This document shows, in pieces, positions 18,886-28,063 of a stretch of 64,000 bases of DNA. Made by a program: the position numbers and the translations under genes. The stretch is from an uncultured Actinomycetes bacterium. GTDB lineage: Bacteria; Actinomycetota; Thermoleophilia; UBA2241. Within the stretch, counting starts at the first letter, position 1. Each line of letters starts with the position of its first letter. The stretch spans positions 1 through 64,000 of the forward strand of contig CAVYCN010000007.1 in assembly GCA_963767005.1 (NCBI GenBank), in the 5' to 3' direction. Below the pieces are notes generated by a model. The model worked only from the letters and a program-made list of their open reading frames with translations. It made no database searches and had not been told where the DNA came from.

Positions 18886-19362
18886 GTGGAGCTGCTGTTC
18901 CTGCGGCACGGACCGGCCGGCTCGCGGACGGAATGGCGCGGGCCCGACGCCGGGCGGCCGCTTACCGACCAGGGACGCGAGATCGTGCGCCGCGCGGCGG
19001 CCGTCCTCGCCGGCGCGGAGGTCGCGATCGATGCCGTGCTCACGAGCCCGTATGCGCGGGCCCGCGAGACGGCCGAGATCGCCGCCGACGTCCTGGGCGT
19101 CGGCGGCCGACCGGTCGACGACGAGCGCCTCACCCCGGGCTTCGACCGCGACGCCCTGGCGACCATCATCGCCGACCACGCCGGCGCCGCCTGCCTGCTG
19201 CTCGTCGGCCACGAGCCCGACTTCAGCGCGACGATCGGCGCGCTCACCGGCGGCGACGTGGTCGTCAAGAAGGCCGGCATCGCCCGCGTCGACGTAGACG
19301 AGCGCACCATGCGCGGCCGGCTGCTGTGGCTGCTGGCGCCGCGCGTCCTTCCCGACCGATAG
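18886..19362 (+). CDS. sixA: Phosphohistidine phosphatase SixA family
   Basis: LFLRHG, RPLT, TSPYARARETA, LVGHEP. Confidence 0.88.
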   Translation: MELLFLRHGPAGSRTEWRGPDAGRPLTDQGREIVRRAAAVLAGAEVAIDAVLTSPYARARETAEIAADVLGVGGRPVDDERLTPGFDRDALATIIADHAGAACLLLVGHEPDFSATIGALTGGDVVVKKAGIARVDVDERTMRGRLLWLLAPRVLPDR

Positions 19363-19372
19363 GCGGAGGCCC

Positions 19373-21430
19373 ATGGAGATCGAGGCCAAGTTCAGCGCTT
19401 CCGACGCCGCCGTGCTCGAGCGCCTCGGCGAGCTCGGCGAGCTCGCCGGCTACGCGCTCGAGGGCCGCGAGCGTGTGACCATGACCGACGTCTACCTCGA
19501 CACCGCCGAACGCGCCCTGCAGGCCGCCGGCATGTTCTGCCGGCGGCGCGACCGCGGCGACCGCGTGGTGCTGACGGTGAAGCGACGCCGGCCCGACGCC
19601 GGCGCGGCCGGCGACGACGCCGGCGCGGTGCACCGTCGCGACGAGTGGGAGGCCGAGCTGCCCCGCGGCGGCGCCGACACACCGCCGGCGGACTGGCCGG
19701 CGGGCGAGGCCCGCGACCAGGTGCTGGCCGTCGTCGGCGAGGCTCCGCTGCAGCCCCTCGTCGAGGTCCGCCAGAGCAGAGTGCTGCGCGCCGTGACGCG
19801 CGACGGCGCCCAGATCGCCGAGCTGTCGCTCGACACGATGACGTTCGTCGTCGACGGCGACGCCGAGCAGCCGGCCCGCTACGAGGTCGAGGCCGAGCTC
19901 AAGGGCGCCGGCGCCGAAGCCGATCTCGCCGCGATCGCCGCGGCGCTGCAGCACGACTTCGAGCTCGCGCCGCAGCCCCTGTCCAAGTTCGAGCGGGCGC
20001 TCGCCGCCCTCGACGGCGAGTCGCCGGCCGGAGCCCTGCTGTCGGGCGACGAGGAACGCCTGCTGGCGCGCCTCGCGCGGCGCGCCGACGCCGTCGGGCG
20101 CCGCGCCCGCGTGCTGCTCGCCCTGCACGGCGGCGCGCTCCAGCGCGACGCGGCGGCGCGCGCCGGCATGGCGCCACGCACCGTGCGCTACTGGCTCAAC
20201 CGCTTCCGCCATGAGCGCCTCGCGATCTTCCCGCGGCGCCTGGTCGCGCCGGCGACCCGCCGGCGCGCCGCAGCCAAGTCGGCCGCGACGCAGGCGCCGA
20301 CGCAGGCTGCGCCGAAGCCGGCAAAGGGCGCGAAGGGCGTCGCCACGAAGGCCGCGACAAGGCCGGCGGCCCAGCCCGCTCCCGTGGCCAAGGCCACCCG
20401 CGCCGCCTCGCCGGCGCCGGCCGCTCGTGCGGCGACGCCCAGGCGGCGGGTCCGGCCCGGCATCCGCGCGCACGACACGATGGCCGAGGCCGCCTTCAAG
20501 ACGCTGCGCTTCCACCTCGACCGCATGCTGCAGCACGAGGCCGGCACACGCGACGGCGGCGACCCCGAAGACCTGCACGACATGCGCGTCGCCACGCGGC
20601 GCATGCGCGCCGCCCTGCGTGTCTTTGCACCCTACCTCGACGCGCGGGCCATGCACCCGGTGAACCGCGGCTTGCGCCGTACCGGACGCGTGCTGGGCGC
20701 CGTGCGCGACCTCGACGTCTTTCACGAGAAGACGCTGCGCTACCTCGAGACACTGCCCGAGCAGCGCCGCGACGAGCTCGAGCCGCTGCTGCGCGTCTGG
20801 CGCGAGCGCCGCGACGAAGCCCGCGCCGGCCTGCTCGACTACCTCGACGGGGCGCGCTACCCGGCCTTCGTCGAGAGCTTCACCGCGCTGCTCGACGACC
20901 CCGAGCGGGCGACCCTGCCGTACGTGACCGCCGACCAGGAGGCGCTGCCCCACCGCGTCGCTCTCGTGCTGCCGTCGACCCTCTACGACCGCGTCGCGGC
21001 CGTCTGGGCCTTCGACGACGTCGTCGACGGTCACGACACGCCGCTGCCGCGCTTCCATCGCCTGCGCATCGCCGGCAAGGCGATGCGCTACACGTTCGAG
21101 TTCTTCGAGGAGGTCCTCGGCCCCGGCGCGGCGCCGCTGATCAAGGCCACCAAGGACATGCAGGACCACCTCGGCGACCTGCAGGACGCCGTCGTCACCT
21201 GCACCATCCTGCGCAACTTCCTGACCTGGGGCACCTGGGAACCGCCGAACGGCAACGCGCGCCGGCGCGCCATGCCGATGATCGTCGCGCCCGGCGTGGC
21301 CACCTATCTGGCCGCCCGTCAGGGCGAGTTGAACGAGCTCGTCGACACCTTCCCGACGATGTGGACGAAGATCCGCGGCGAGGCCTTCGGCCGCGGCCTC
21401 GCCGGAGTGGTCGGCGACCTTTCGAGCTAA
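19373..21430 (+). CDS. CYTH + HTH + CHAD domain protein
   Basis: N-terminal EIEAKF, DVYLDT, EVEAEL, SKFER; central HTH-like segment; CHAD motifs LHDMRVATRRMR, HRLRIAGKAMRY, QDHLGDLQD. Confidence 0.88.
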   Translation: MEIEAKFSASDAAVLERLGELGELAGYALEGRERVTMTDVYLDTAERALQAAGMFCRRRDRGDRVVLTVKRRRPDAGAAGDDAGAVHRRDEWEAELPRGGADTPPADWPAGEARDQVLAVVGEAPLQPLVEVRQSRVLRAVTRDGAQIAELSLDTMTFVVDGDAEQPARYEVEAELKGAGAEADLAAIAAALQHDFELAPQPLSKFERALAALDGESPAGALLSGDEERLLARLARRADAVGRRARVLLALHGGALQRDAAARAGMAPRTVRYWLNRFRHERLAIFPRRLVAPATRRRAAAKSAATQAPTQAAPKPAKGAKGVATKAATRPAAQPAPVAKATRAASPAPAARAATPRRRVRPGIRAHDTMAEAAFKTLRFHLDRMLQHEAGTRDGGDPEDLHDMRVATRRMRAALRVFAPYLDARAMHPVNRGLRRTGRVLGAVRDLDVFHEKTLRYLETLPEQRRDELEPLLRVWRERRDEARAGLLDYLDGARYPAFVESFTALLDDPERATLPYVTADQEALPHRVALVLPSTLYDRVAAVWAFDDVVDGHDTPLPRFHRLRIAGKAMRYTFEFFEEVLGPGAAPLIKATKDMQDHLGDLQDAVVTCTILRNFLTWGTWEPPNGNARRRAMPMIVAPGVATYLAARQGELNELVDTFPTMWTKIRGEAFGRGLAGVVGDLSS

Positions 21431-21444
21431 GCCCGCCCCGCCGC

Positions 21445-23169
21445 TCAGGCAGGCGTGACGTCGTCGCGCGCCTGAGCTTCCGAGCCGTCGGCGTCGGCCG
21501 ACGCCTCGACCACGATGTTCAGGCGGCGGCGCATCGCCTTCTCCATGGCGGCCCGCCGGTTCTCGAGGCCCCAGAGCTCGAGCTCGGCGCGCCCCTTGGT
21601 CGCCAGACGCAAGGTGAGCGCACGCCGGCCCGACGCCTCGAGGCGGGCGTGCCGCACCACGCCGCCGTGACTGCGGTCGAGACGCTCGGCCAGGCGCAGC
21701 AGGTCGGACAGCGTGCGCGCGACGTCGCGGCCAGCGTCGTCGAGGGCGGCGAAGGCCGCAAAGCGCGCGCTCGGCGTGGCCTTGCGGTGGAACAGGGCCG
21801 TGGCCGCCATGATGGCGATCTCGCGCTGGTCGAAGCCGAGCAGGTCGGCGTTGGCGATGAGATAGGCCGAGTGCACATGGTGCTCCGGGTACGAGATGAA
21901 CGTACCGACGTCGTGCAGCAGCGCGGTGTCGCGCAGCAGCTCGCGCTCCTCGTCGCCCAGGGCGTGATACCCGGCTTGCCGCGCACTGTCGAAGAGCTCG
22001 AGCGCGAGGCGGGCGACGTGCCGGGCGTGGCCCTCGTCGGCGCCGGTCGCCTGCAGCAGGCGCAGCACGCTGCGCTCACGCACTGAGAGCTCGTGCACGG
22101 CGGCGCCGTCGGCGCCGCGCGTGAGGTAGTCGACGAGCAGCCCGTCGCGCAGGCCGCACTCGCCGAGCGCGGTCACGGCCGGCAGCTCGAGGTCGGTCAG
22201 CAGCGTCTCGAGCACCGTCGCCCCGGCCACGACGATGTCGGCGCGGTCGGGGTTCAGGCCGGGCACCTTGCGGCGCTCGTCGAGCGTGAGCCCGCGCAGC
22301 AGCTTGACGACCTTGCGCACGTCGCCGAGTTCGACCGTCTCGTCGCGCTGGGGCTCGCGGTCGTGCAGCACGCGGGCCGCCACCGCGGCCACGTTGCGCA
22401 CGGTGCCCGAGGTCCCGTAGGCGACGTCGACATCGAGGCGGCGCACGGTGGCCACGGCGTGCACCGACGCCAGGCGCACGGCGCGCTGCAGCTTCTGGTA
22501 GTCGTCGGCGCTCACGCGGCCGGCGACGTCGGGCAGGCTGGAGTCGCCGGCCAGGCGCACCGCACCGAGCGGCAGGCTGTCGAGGAACAGGTGGCGACGG
22601 CCGTCGCCCACCATCACCTCTGTGCTGCCGCCGCCGATGTCGAGGCAGAAGGCGACGCGGTCGCCGAGCTCCACCCTGCTCTGGATGCCGAGGAAGATGA
22701 GGCGCGCCTCCTCGCGCCCGGACACGACGTGCACGTCGAGCCCGGCCTCGTCGTGCAGGCGCGCCACGAACGCGGCCGCGTTGCGGGCCTCACGCGTGGC
22801 CGACGTCGCCACGGCAACGATCTCGGCCGCGCCCAGGCCACGCGCCAGGCCGGTGAACGAGCGGCACACGGTGACGGCCCGCTCGATCGCCGCCGGCCGC
22901 AGCAGGCGGTCGCCGAACTCCTCCTCGCCCAGGCGCACGACCTCGCGCGTCAGGTTGATGACCTGGTAGGAGTAGCGCGACGCGATGCGCACGACCATGA
23001 GCCGCACCGAGTTCGTCCCGATGTCGACGAAGCCGACGATGCGGCCGGCGCCGGGCGGCGCCTGCACGGCGTCGGCCCCGCCGCGCGCCGCCTGCGCCCC
23101 GTCGGCCCCGCCCGGCGCCGCCTGCGCGCCGGCGCCGCCGCCGGCCGGTGTGTCGTGGGCCTCAGCCAT
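21445..23169 (-). CDS. ppx: Exopolyphosphatase Ppx/GppA with HD-like C-terminal domain
   Basis: DIGTNSVRL, ATSATREA, SGREEARL, DIGGGSTE, LLHDVG. Confidence 0.93.
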   Translation of the reverse strand: MAEAHDTPAGGGAGAQAAPGGADGAQAARGGADAVQAPPGAGRIVGFVDIGTNSVRLMVVRIASRYSYQVINLTREVVRLGEEEFGDRLLRPAAIERAVTVCRSFTGLARGLGAAEIVAVATSATREARNAAAFVARLHDEAGLDVHVVSGREEARLIFLGIQSRVELGDRVAFCLDIGGGSTEVMVGDGRRHLFLDSLPLGAVRLAGDSSLPDVAGRVSADDYQKLQRAVRLASVHAVATVRRLDVDVAYGTSGTVRNVAAVAARVLHDREPQRDETVELGDVRKVVKLLRGLTLDERRKVPGLNPDRADIVVAGATVLETLLTDLELPAVTALGECGLRDGLLVDYLTRGADGAAVHELSVRERSVLRLLQATGADEGHARHVARLALELFDSARQAGYHALGDEERELLRDTALLHDVGTFISYPEHHVHSAYLIANADLLGFDQREIAIMAATALFHRKATPSARFAAFAALDDAGRDVARTLSDLLRLAERLDRSHGGVVRHARLEASGRRALTLRLATKGRAELELWGLENRRAAMEKAMRRRLNIVVEASADADGSEAQARDDVTPA

Positions 23170-23297
23170 GTCCGTCACCCTATGCCCGCGCGCCGTGCAG
23201 CGGCAACGCCGCGCGCCGGCGCGAGCGCCGGGCCAACGGGCGCCCGCGTCGGCGACGTCGCCGACGCCAACATGCGGTCGCGGCTCGCGCGGGCGTA

Positions 23298-23357
23298 GAC
23301 TACGCGCAACGCAGTCATGCAAGCCTGAGCGCCGACGACGAAGTCGATCGACGGCAC
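23298..23357 (+). repeat. Single copy of dispersed ~58-60-bp repeat
   Basis: GACTACGCGCAACGCAGTCATGCAAGCCTGAGCGCCGACGACGAAGTCGATCGACGGCAC aligns with the units at 44422 and 54990. Confidence 0.7.
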
Positions 23358-23415
23358 CGGGGCCTCACAGAAACGATGCGGACTGAGCAGATCGCGGCCA
23401 CCCGAAAGGAGCCAC

Positions 23416-24243
23416 GTGTCTCCCGACAAGCCCGACGAACCCGGCGACGCCGAACCCAAAGCGCGCAAGAAGCTCGACGATACGACCTACCTCAAGGAGC
23501 TCGGCAAGCTGCAGATCGAGCTCGTCAAGCTGCAGGAGTGGATCAAGGCGCGCGGGCTCAAGGTGGTCACCATCTTCGAGGGCCGCGACGCCGCCGGCAA
23601 GGGCGGCACGATCAAGCGCGTCACCGAGACCCTGAACCCGCGCGTCGTGCGCGTGGTCGCCCTGGGCGTGCCGACCGAGCGCGAGAAGACCGAGTGGTAC
23701 TTCCAGCGCTACGTCGCGCACCTGCCGGCCGCCGGCGAGTGGGTCCTCTTCGACCGCTCCTGGTACAACCGCCCCGGCGTCGAGCGCGTCATGGGCTTCT
23801 GCAGCGAAGACGAGGTCAACGAGTTCTTCCGTTCGTGCCCGCCGTTCGAGGAGATGCTGATCCGCAGCGGCATCATCCTCGTGAAGTACTGGTTCAGCGT
23901 GAGCGACGAGGAACAGGAGCGGCGCTTCAAGGACCGCATCCAGGACCCCACCAAGCGCTGGAAGATCTCCGAGATGGACCTCGAGAGCTGGGACAGGTGG
24001 GTCGGCTACTCACGCGCCAAGGACGAGATGTTCCACTACACCGACACCAAGCGCTCGCCCTGGTATGTGGTGAACTCCGACGACAAGAAGCGCGCCCGCC
24101 TGAACGTCATCCACCATCTGCTGAGCGTGATCCCGTACGAGGACCTCACGCCCAAGCCTTTCAAGCTGCCGCCGCGGCGCGAGGACAAGGGCTACATGCG
24201 CCCGCCGATCGAAGACCAGACCTTCGTGCCCGAGATCTTCTAG
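23416..24243 (+). CDS. ppk2: Polyphosphate kinase 2
   Basis: FEGRDAAGKGG, WYFQRY, FDRSWYNR, DDKKRARLN; AAGGAG RBS. Confidence 0.96.
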   Translation: MSPDKPDEPGDAEPKARKKLDDTTYLKELGKLQIELVKLQEWIKARGLKVVTIFEGRDAAGKGGTIKRVTETLNPRVVRVVALGVPTEREKTEWYFQRYVAHLPAAGEWVLFDRSWYNRPGVERVMGFCSEDEVNEFFRSCPPFEEMLIRSGIILVKYWFSVSDEEQERRFKDRIQDPTKRWKISEMDLESWDRWVGYSRAKDEMFHYTDTKRSPWYVVNSDDKKRARLNVIHHLLSVIPYEDLTPKPFKLPPRREDKGYMRPPIEDQTFVPEIF

Positions 24244-24284
24244 GCCGCCGATCGAAGACCAGACCTTCGTGCCCGAGATCTTCT
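24202..24284 (+). repeat. Tandem duplication of the ppk2 3' end (40 bp identical, period 43)
   Basis: CCGCCGATCGAAGACCAGACCTTCGTGCCCGAGATCTTCT at 24202-24241 and 24245-24284. Confidence 0.9.
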
Positions 24285-24364
24285 GGGCGCGCGACAACGT
24301 CGTGTAGGCCCGGGCGGCGACGCAGTCCCCCTGACGGACCAGGCGCGCCGGTGCGGCCTCCGCG

Positions 24365-24520
24365 TCAGTGCATGCGCTCGTAGTCCTTGGCGAACTTCTT
24401 CTCGCCTTCCTTCTTGCCGTAGGCATCGAGGTAGGCGTTGTGGACCGCGCACTTCTTGCAGCCCTTGCCGCAGCAGTGCTTCCAGTCCTTCTTTGAGAAC
24501 TCGTTCCTGAGCTTGGCCAT
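24365..24520 (-). CDS. 51-aa Cys-cluster small protein
   Basis: Not in the ORF track. AGGAGGA RBS; MAKLRNEFSKKDWKHCCGKGCKKCAVHNAYLDAYGKKEGEKKFAKDYERMH; strong GC3 bias. Confidence 0.8.
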   Translation of the reverse strand: MAKLRNEFSKKDWKHCCGKGCKKCAVHNAYLDAYGKKEGEKKFAKDYERMH

Positions 24521-24708
24521 GCGGCCGCTCCTCCTGTGGACGTGGGCCGGACGGTGTCCCAGCCGGATGCTACCCGCGAGGCGGCTCCTTCGGAACGCGG
24601 CGCGCCCGCGCCCCGTCGCGGGCCGAAGGTCAGAGGGGATCGAACGTGCTGAGCACGATGACCAGGTCGGGGTGGTCGTCGTTTCGCAGAGCCCGACCCC
24701 CGCTTCCG

Positions 24709-25413
24709 TCAGACCGCGAACGCGCTCGGGCAGAGGTCGGCCAGCGGGCAGCGTGCGCAGGCCGGCCGGCGCGCGTGGCAGACCCGGCGGCCGTGGCGCA
24801 CCAGGCCGACGTGGGCCGCGTAGACGTCGGCCGGGTCGGGGCCGGCGAGAGCGGTGAGCACCGCATGCGCGGCCTCGGCGCTCACGCCCTGGTCGATCAG
24901 CCCGAGCCGCCCGGCCACGCGGTGCACGTGCGTGTCGACCGGCATGACCGGCCGCCCGAGCGAGAACAGCAGCACGCAGGCCGCCGTCTTGGGGCCCACG
25001 CCGGGCAGGCCCCGCAGCCAGGCGAGCGCCTCGTCGTCGCCGAGCGCGTCGAGCACGCCCAGGTCGGGCTCGCCGTCGCCTTGGCTGATGGCGCGCAGGA
25101 TGGCCGCGATGCGGGGCGCCTTGACGTGCGACAGGCCGCCCAGGGCGATCGCGTCCTCGATCGCGGCGACCGGTGCGTCGCGCACCGCCGACCAGGCGGG
25201 AAAGCGCCGCGTGAGCTCGGCGAAGGTGCGGTCGGTGTTGACGTCGGCCGTGTTCTGCGAGAGCACCGTGTAGACGAGCTCGCCGACCGGCGGAAAGCGC
25301 GGCGCGAGCACCGGACGGCCATAGGCTTCGTCGAGGCGGGAGATGACCTGGCGCAGGCGCCGGCGGCGCCCGGCGGGCGACGCAGGGGCGCGGGCGCGGG
25401 GGGCGGCGGCTAT
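24709..25413 (-). CDS. Endonuclease III / HhH-GPD glycosylase with 4Fe-4S loop (start uncertain)
   Basis: TVLSQNT, LPGVGPKTA, PVDTHVHRV, C-HARRPAC-ARCP-LADLC; no in-frame ATG/GTG/TTG upstream of 25311. Confidence 0.85.
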   Translation of the reverse strand: MAAAPRARAPASPAGRRRRLRQVISRLDEAYGRPVLAPRFPPVGELVYTVLSQNTADVNTDRTFAELTRRFPAWSAVRDAPVAAIEDAIALGGLSHVKAPRIAAILRAISQGDGEPDLGVLDALGDDEALAWLRGLPGVGPKTAACVLLFSLGRPVMPVDTHVHRVAGRLGLIDQGVSAEAAHAVLTALAGPDPADVYAAHVGLVRHGRRVCHARRPACARCPLADLCPSAFAV

Positions 25414-25446
25414 GGCCGCCGCCCCCCCCGCCCGCTCACACCCGGC

Positions 25447-25767
25447 TCAGCGCCGGCCACGCGCGACCAGCGCGCCGCCGAGGATCAGGCCCAGGACCAG
25501 GTTGGCGATGCCCACGACCCAGATTGGCGCCGTGACGTGGACGGACAGCAGCCGCAGGTGCACGTCGGTGCGATTGTCGAACCAAAGCACGGCGCCGACT
25601 ACGAAAACCACGACGACGACGAGCAGCGTCCAGGGGACCTGGCGGTGAGGCCGCCGCCGGCCGCGGCCGCGCGAGCGCGAGCGCGACCAGTCGAGGCCGA
25701 TGCCCTCGGGAAGGGTGCGCGGGATCGAGCCGTCGCGCCAGTCCATGTCGTCGTTCATGCCCACCAT
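25447..25767 (-). CDS. Small two-TM membrane protein (LapA/DUF1049-like)
   Basis: TM-FDNRTDVHLRLL-APIW-TM pattern. Confidence 0.7.
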   Translation of the reverse strand: MVGMNDDMDWRDGSIPRTLPEGIGLDWSRSRSRGRGRRRPHRQVPWTLLVVVVVFVVGAVLWFDNRTDVHLRLLSVHVTAPIWVVGIANLVLGLILGGALVARGRR

Positions 25768-25990
25768 CGATCAACCCCCGCCGGGCTTGCGTCGCCTGGC
25801 CGGTACCGCGGCGCAGGTCGCCTGCCCAAGGCTCTCGCCCGCGCCGTGGACGTCGTGCCGCCCATCGGCCATGCCCTACTTTGCCTTATCCCGGCGGCCG
25901 GCGCCAGACCCCGAAAGCCGGGACGGCCGCCGGCCGGCGCTCCCGCGCCGGCCGGCGGCCGTCCCCTCACCTCCCGCGAAACGATCGCGC

Positions 25991-27283
25991 TCAGGCGACC
26001 GCCGTGTGGGCGGCCTCGAGCGCCTCGGCCACCGTGGCGAACACGGTGTCGAGCTCGCCCTCTGAGATCACGAGCGGCGGCTGCAGGCGCAGCACATTGC
26101 CGAAGTTGCCGCCGACGCCGATCAGCACGCCGTGCTCGAGGCAGAAGTTGCGCACAAAGCCGGCCTCGGCCGTGGCGTAGGCCTTGGTCTCGCGGTCCTT
26201 GACTAACTCGACGCCGATCATCAGGCCCTTGCCGCGCACCTGGCCGATCAGCGACTCGTGGGCGGCGTGGGCGCGCAGGCGCGCCATGAGCTGCTCGCCC
26301 TTGGCGGCGGCCTGAGCGGGCAGGTCGGTCTCGGTCATGAAGGCGATGTTGGCCAGCGAGGCGGCGCAGCTCACCGGGTTGCCGCCGAAGGTCGAGAGGT
26401 GGTCGCCGATCTGGAAGGCGTCGGCGATCTCGGCGCGCGCGCTGAAGGCGCCCAGCGGCCAGCCGTCGGCGATGCCCTTGGCCATCGTCAGGATGTCGGG
26501 CGTAACACCGTAGTGCTCGATGGCAAAGAGCTTGCCGGTGCGCCCGAAGCCGCTCTGCACCTCGTCGGCGATGAAGAGCGCACCCTCCGAGTCGAGGATC
26601 TGCTTGACCGCCGCAAAGTAGCCGGCCGGCGGGGTGATGATGCCGCCCTCGCCCATGACCGGCTCGGCGATGAAGGCGCAGCAGTCGCCCGACAGGTGCA
26701 GGCGGATGACCTCGCGCAGGCGCTCGGCGCAGGCCAGGCCGCAGCTCGCCTCCTCCAAGCCGAGCGGGCAGCGGTAGCAGTACGGCGTGGGGGCGAAGGC
26801 GACGCCCGGCATGTAGGGTCCGCCGCCCTTCTTGCGGCCCGAGTTGCCGGTGATCGACAGGGTCGCGTAGGTGCGCCCGTGGAAGCTCGACTCGAGGGCC
26901 ACCAGCTCGCTGCGGCCGCTGTAGCGCTTGGCCAGGCGCAGGGCGCCCTCGTTGGCCTCGGCGCCGGAGTTGCAGAAGAAGGTCTTGCGCAGGTCGCCCG
27001 GGGTGACCTCGGCGAGCTTCTCGGCCAGCGCGCCGACGGTGGGCACGTAGTAGACGTAGCTGCAGGCGTGGACGATCTTGTCGGCCTGGGCCTTGGCCGC
27101 CTCGAGGATGGCCTGGTTGTGATGGCCGGCGTTGGTCACCGAGATGCCGGCGAAGCAGTCGATGAACTCCTTGCCGTCGGCATCGTAGAGCCGCGCGCCC
27201 TGCCCGTGGTCGACCACGACCGGCTCGATGCGTTTGACGAAGCCGGTCATCACGTAGTCGCGGTACTGGTCCTGGACACCCAT
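25991..27283 (-). CDS. Class III PLP-dependent aminotransferase
   Basis: NSGAEANE, SFHGRT, IADEVQSGFGRTG, MAKG, STFGGNP. Confidence 0.95.
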   Translation of the reverse strand: MGVQDQYRDYVMTGFVKRIEPVVVDHGQGARLYDADGKEFIDCFAGISVTNAGHHNQAILEAAKAQADKIVHACSYVYYVPTVGALAEKLAEVTPGDLRKTFFCNSGAEANEGALRLAKRYSGRSELVALESSFHGRTYATLSITGNSGRKKGGGPYMPGVAFAPTPYCYRCPLGLEEASCGLACAERLREVIRLHLSGDCCAFIAEPVMGEGGIITPPAGYFAAVKQILDSEGALFIADEVQSGFGRTGKLFAIEHYGVTPDILTMAKGIADGWPLGAFSARAEIADAFQIGDHLSTFGGNPVSCAASLANIAFMTETDLPAQAAAKGEQLMARLRAHAAHESLIGQVRGKGLMIGVELVKDRETKAYATAEAGFVRNFCLEHGVLIGVGGNFGNVLRLQPPLVISEGELDTVFATVAEALEAAHTAVA

Positions 27284-27540
27284 GCTATCGACCACCCTTC
27301 GAGTGACGTTTCTGTTCGCGCTTGCCTGGAGCGCGGTGCTGCGGTGCAGCGAGGCGGGTGTGCGCGCGGATTCTATCAGCGCCGTCGCCGCCGCGCGGCC
27401 CAGGTCGCTGTCCCGACGCGACCATCCGCCGGCGTCGCCCGCGCCAACCTGTCAGGTGGCCCACGCGCGACCGGACCAGGGCGTCCGGTAGGATGCGGCC
27501 GACGGACTCACGCGAGCCGAACGACCGACGAGGGGGACCC

Positions 27541-27867
27541 ATGGACGAGCCGCTGCCCGGAGTGAGCGATGCCTTTCAGGCCTTCCTGCGCGAGGCGCCG
27601 GCCCAGTCCGGCGCGTGGATGGAGGCGGTCGAGCGCCTCGGCGCGGCGAGCGCCCTCGACGACAAGACCGCGGCGCTCGCCTACCTGGCCGTGCTGGCCG
27701 CCACGCGCCTGACGAGCGGCGTGCCGTTCCACGCGCGCCACGCGCGCTCGCTGGGCGCCACGCGCGACGAGGTGATCTCGGCCGTGCTCGTCGGCCTGCC
27801 GGCCGTGGGCAACGGCGTCACCCAGGCGCTGCCGGCCGCCCTCGCCGCCTTCGACGCGCCCGACTGA
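27541..27867 (+). CDS. Carboxymuconolactone decarboxylase family protein
   Basis: ALDDKTAALAYLAVLAA..GVPFH..GATRDEV; GAGGGG RBS. Confidence 0.85.
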   Translation: MDEPLPGVSDAFQAFLREAPAQSGAWMEAVERLGAASALDDKTAALAYLAVLAATRLTSGVPFHARHARSLGATRDEVISAVLVGLPAVGNGVTQALPAALAAFDAPD

Positions 27868-27957
27868 CGCCGCTCCCGACCGACGCCGCCGCGGCTCCGG
27901 CGCCCTCGGCGGGCATGACCGCCCCCTTGCACCTGCATGAGAAGGCCCGCGACCCGC

Positions 27958-27986
27958 TAAAGCTCACCCGCCTCGTGCGTCGATAG
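27958..27986 (+). promoter_or_regulatory. FliA/WhiG-like promoter (17-bp spacer)
   Basis: TAAA-N17-GTCGATAG upstream of the 28064 gene. Confidence 0.35.
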
Positions 27987-28063
27987 GTAGACGTACGTGC
28001 GCGCAAGCGGAAGGGCTGGAGGGACCCCCCACGGAGTCACCTGGTCTGCTGAACGCGAGGGCG

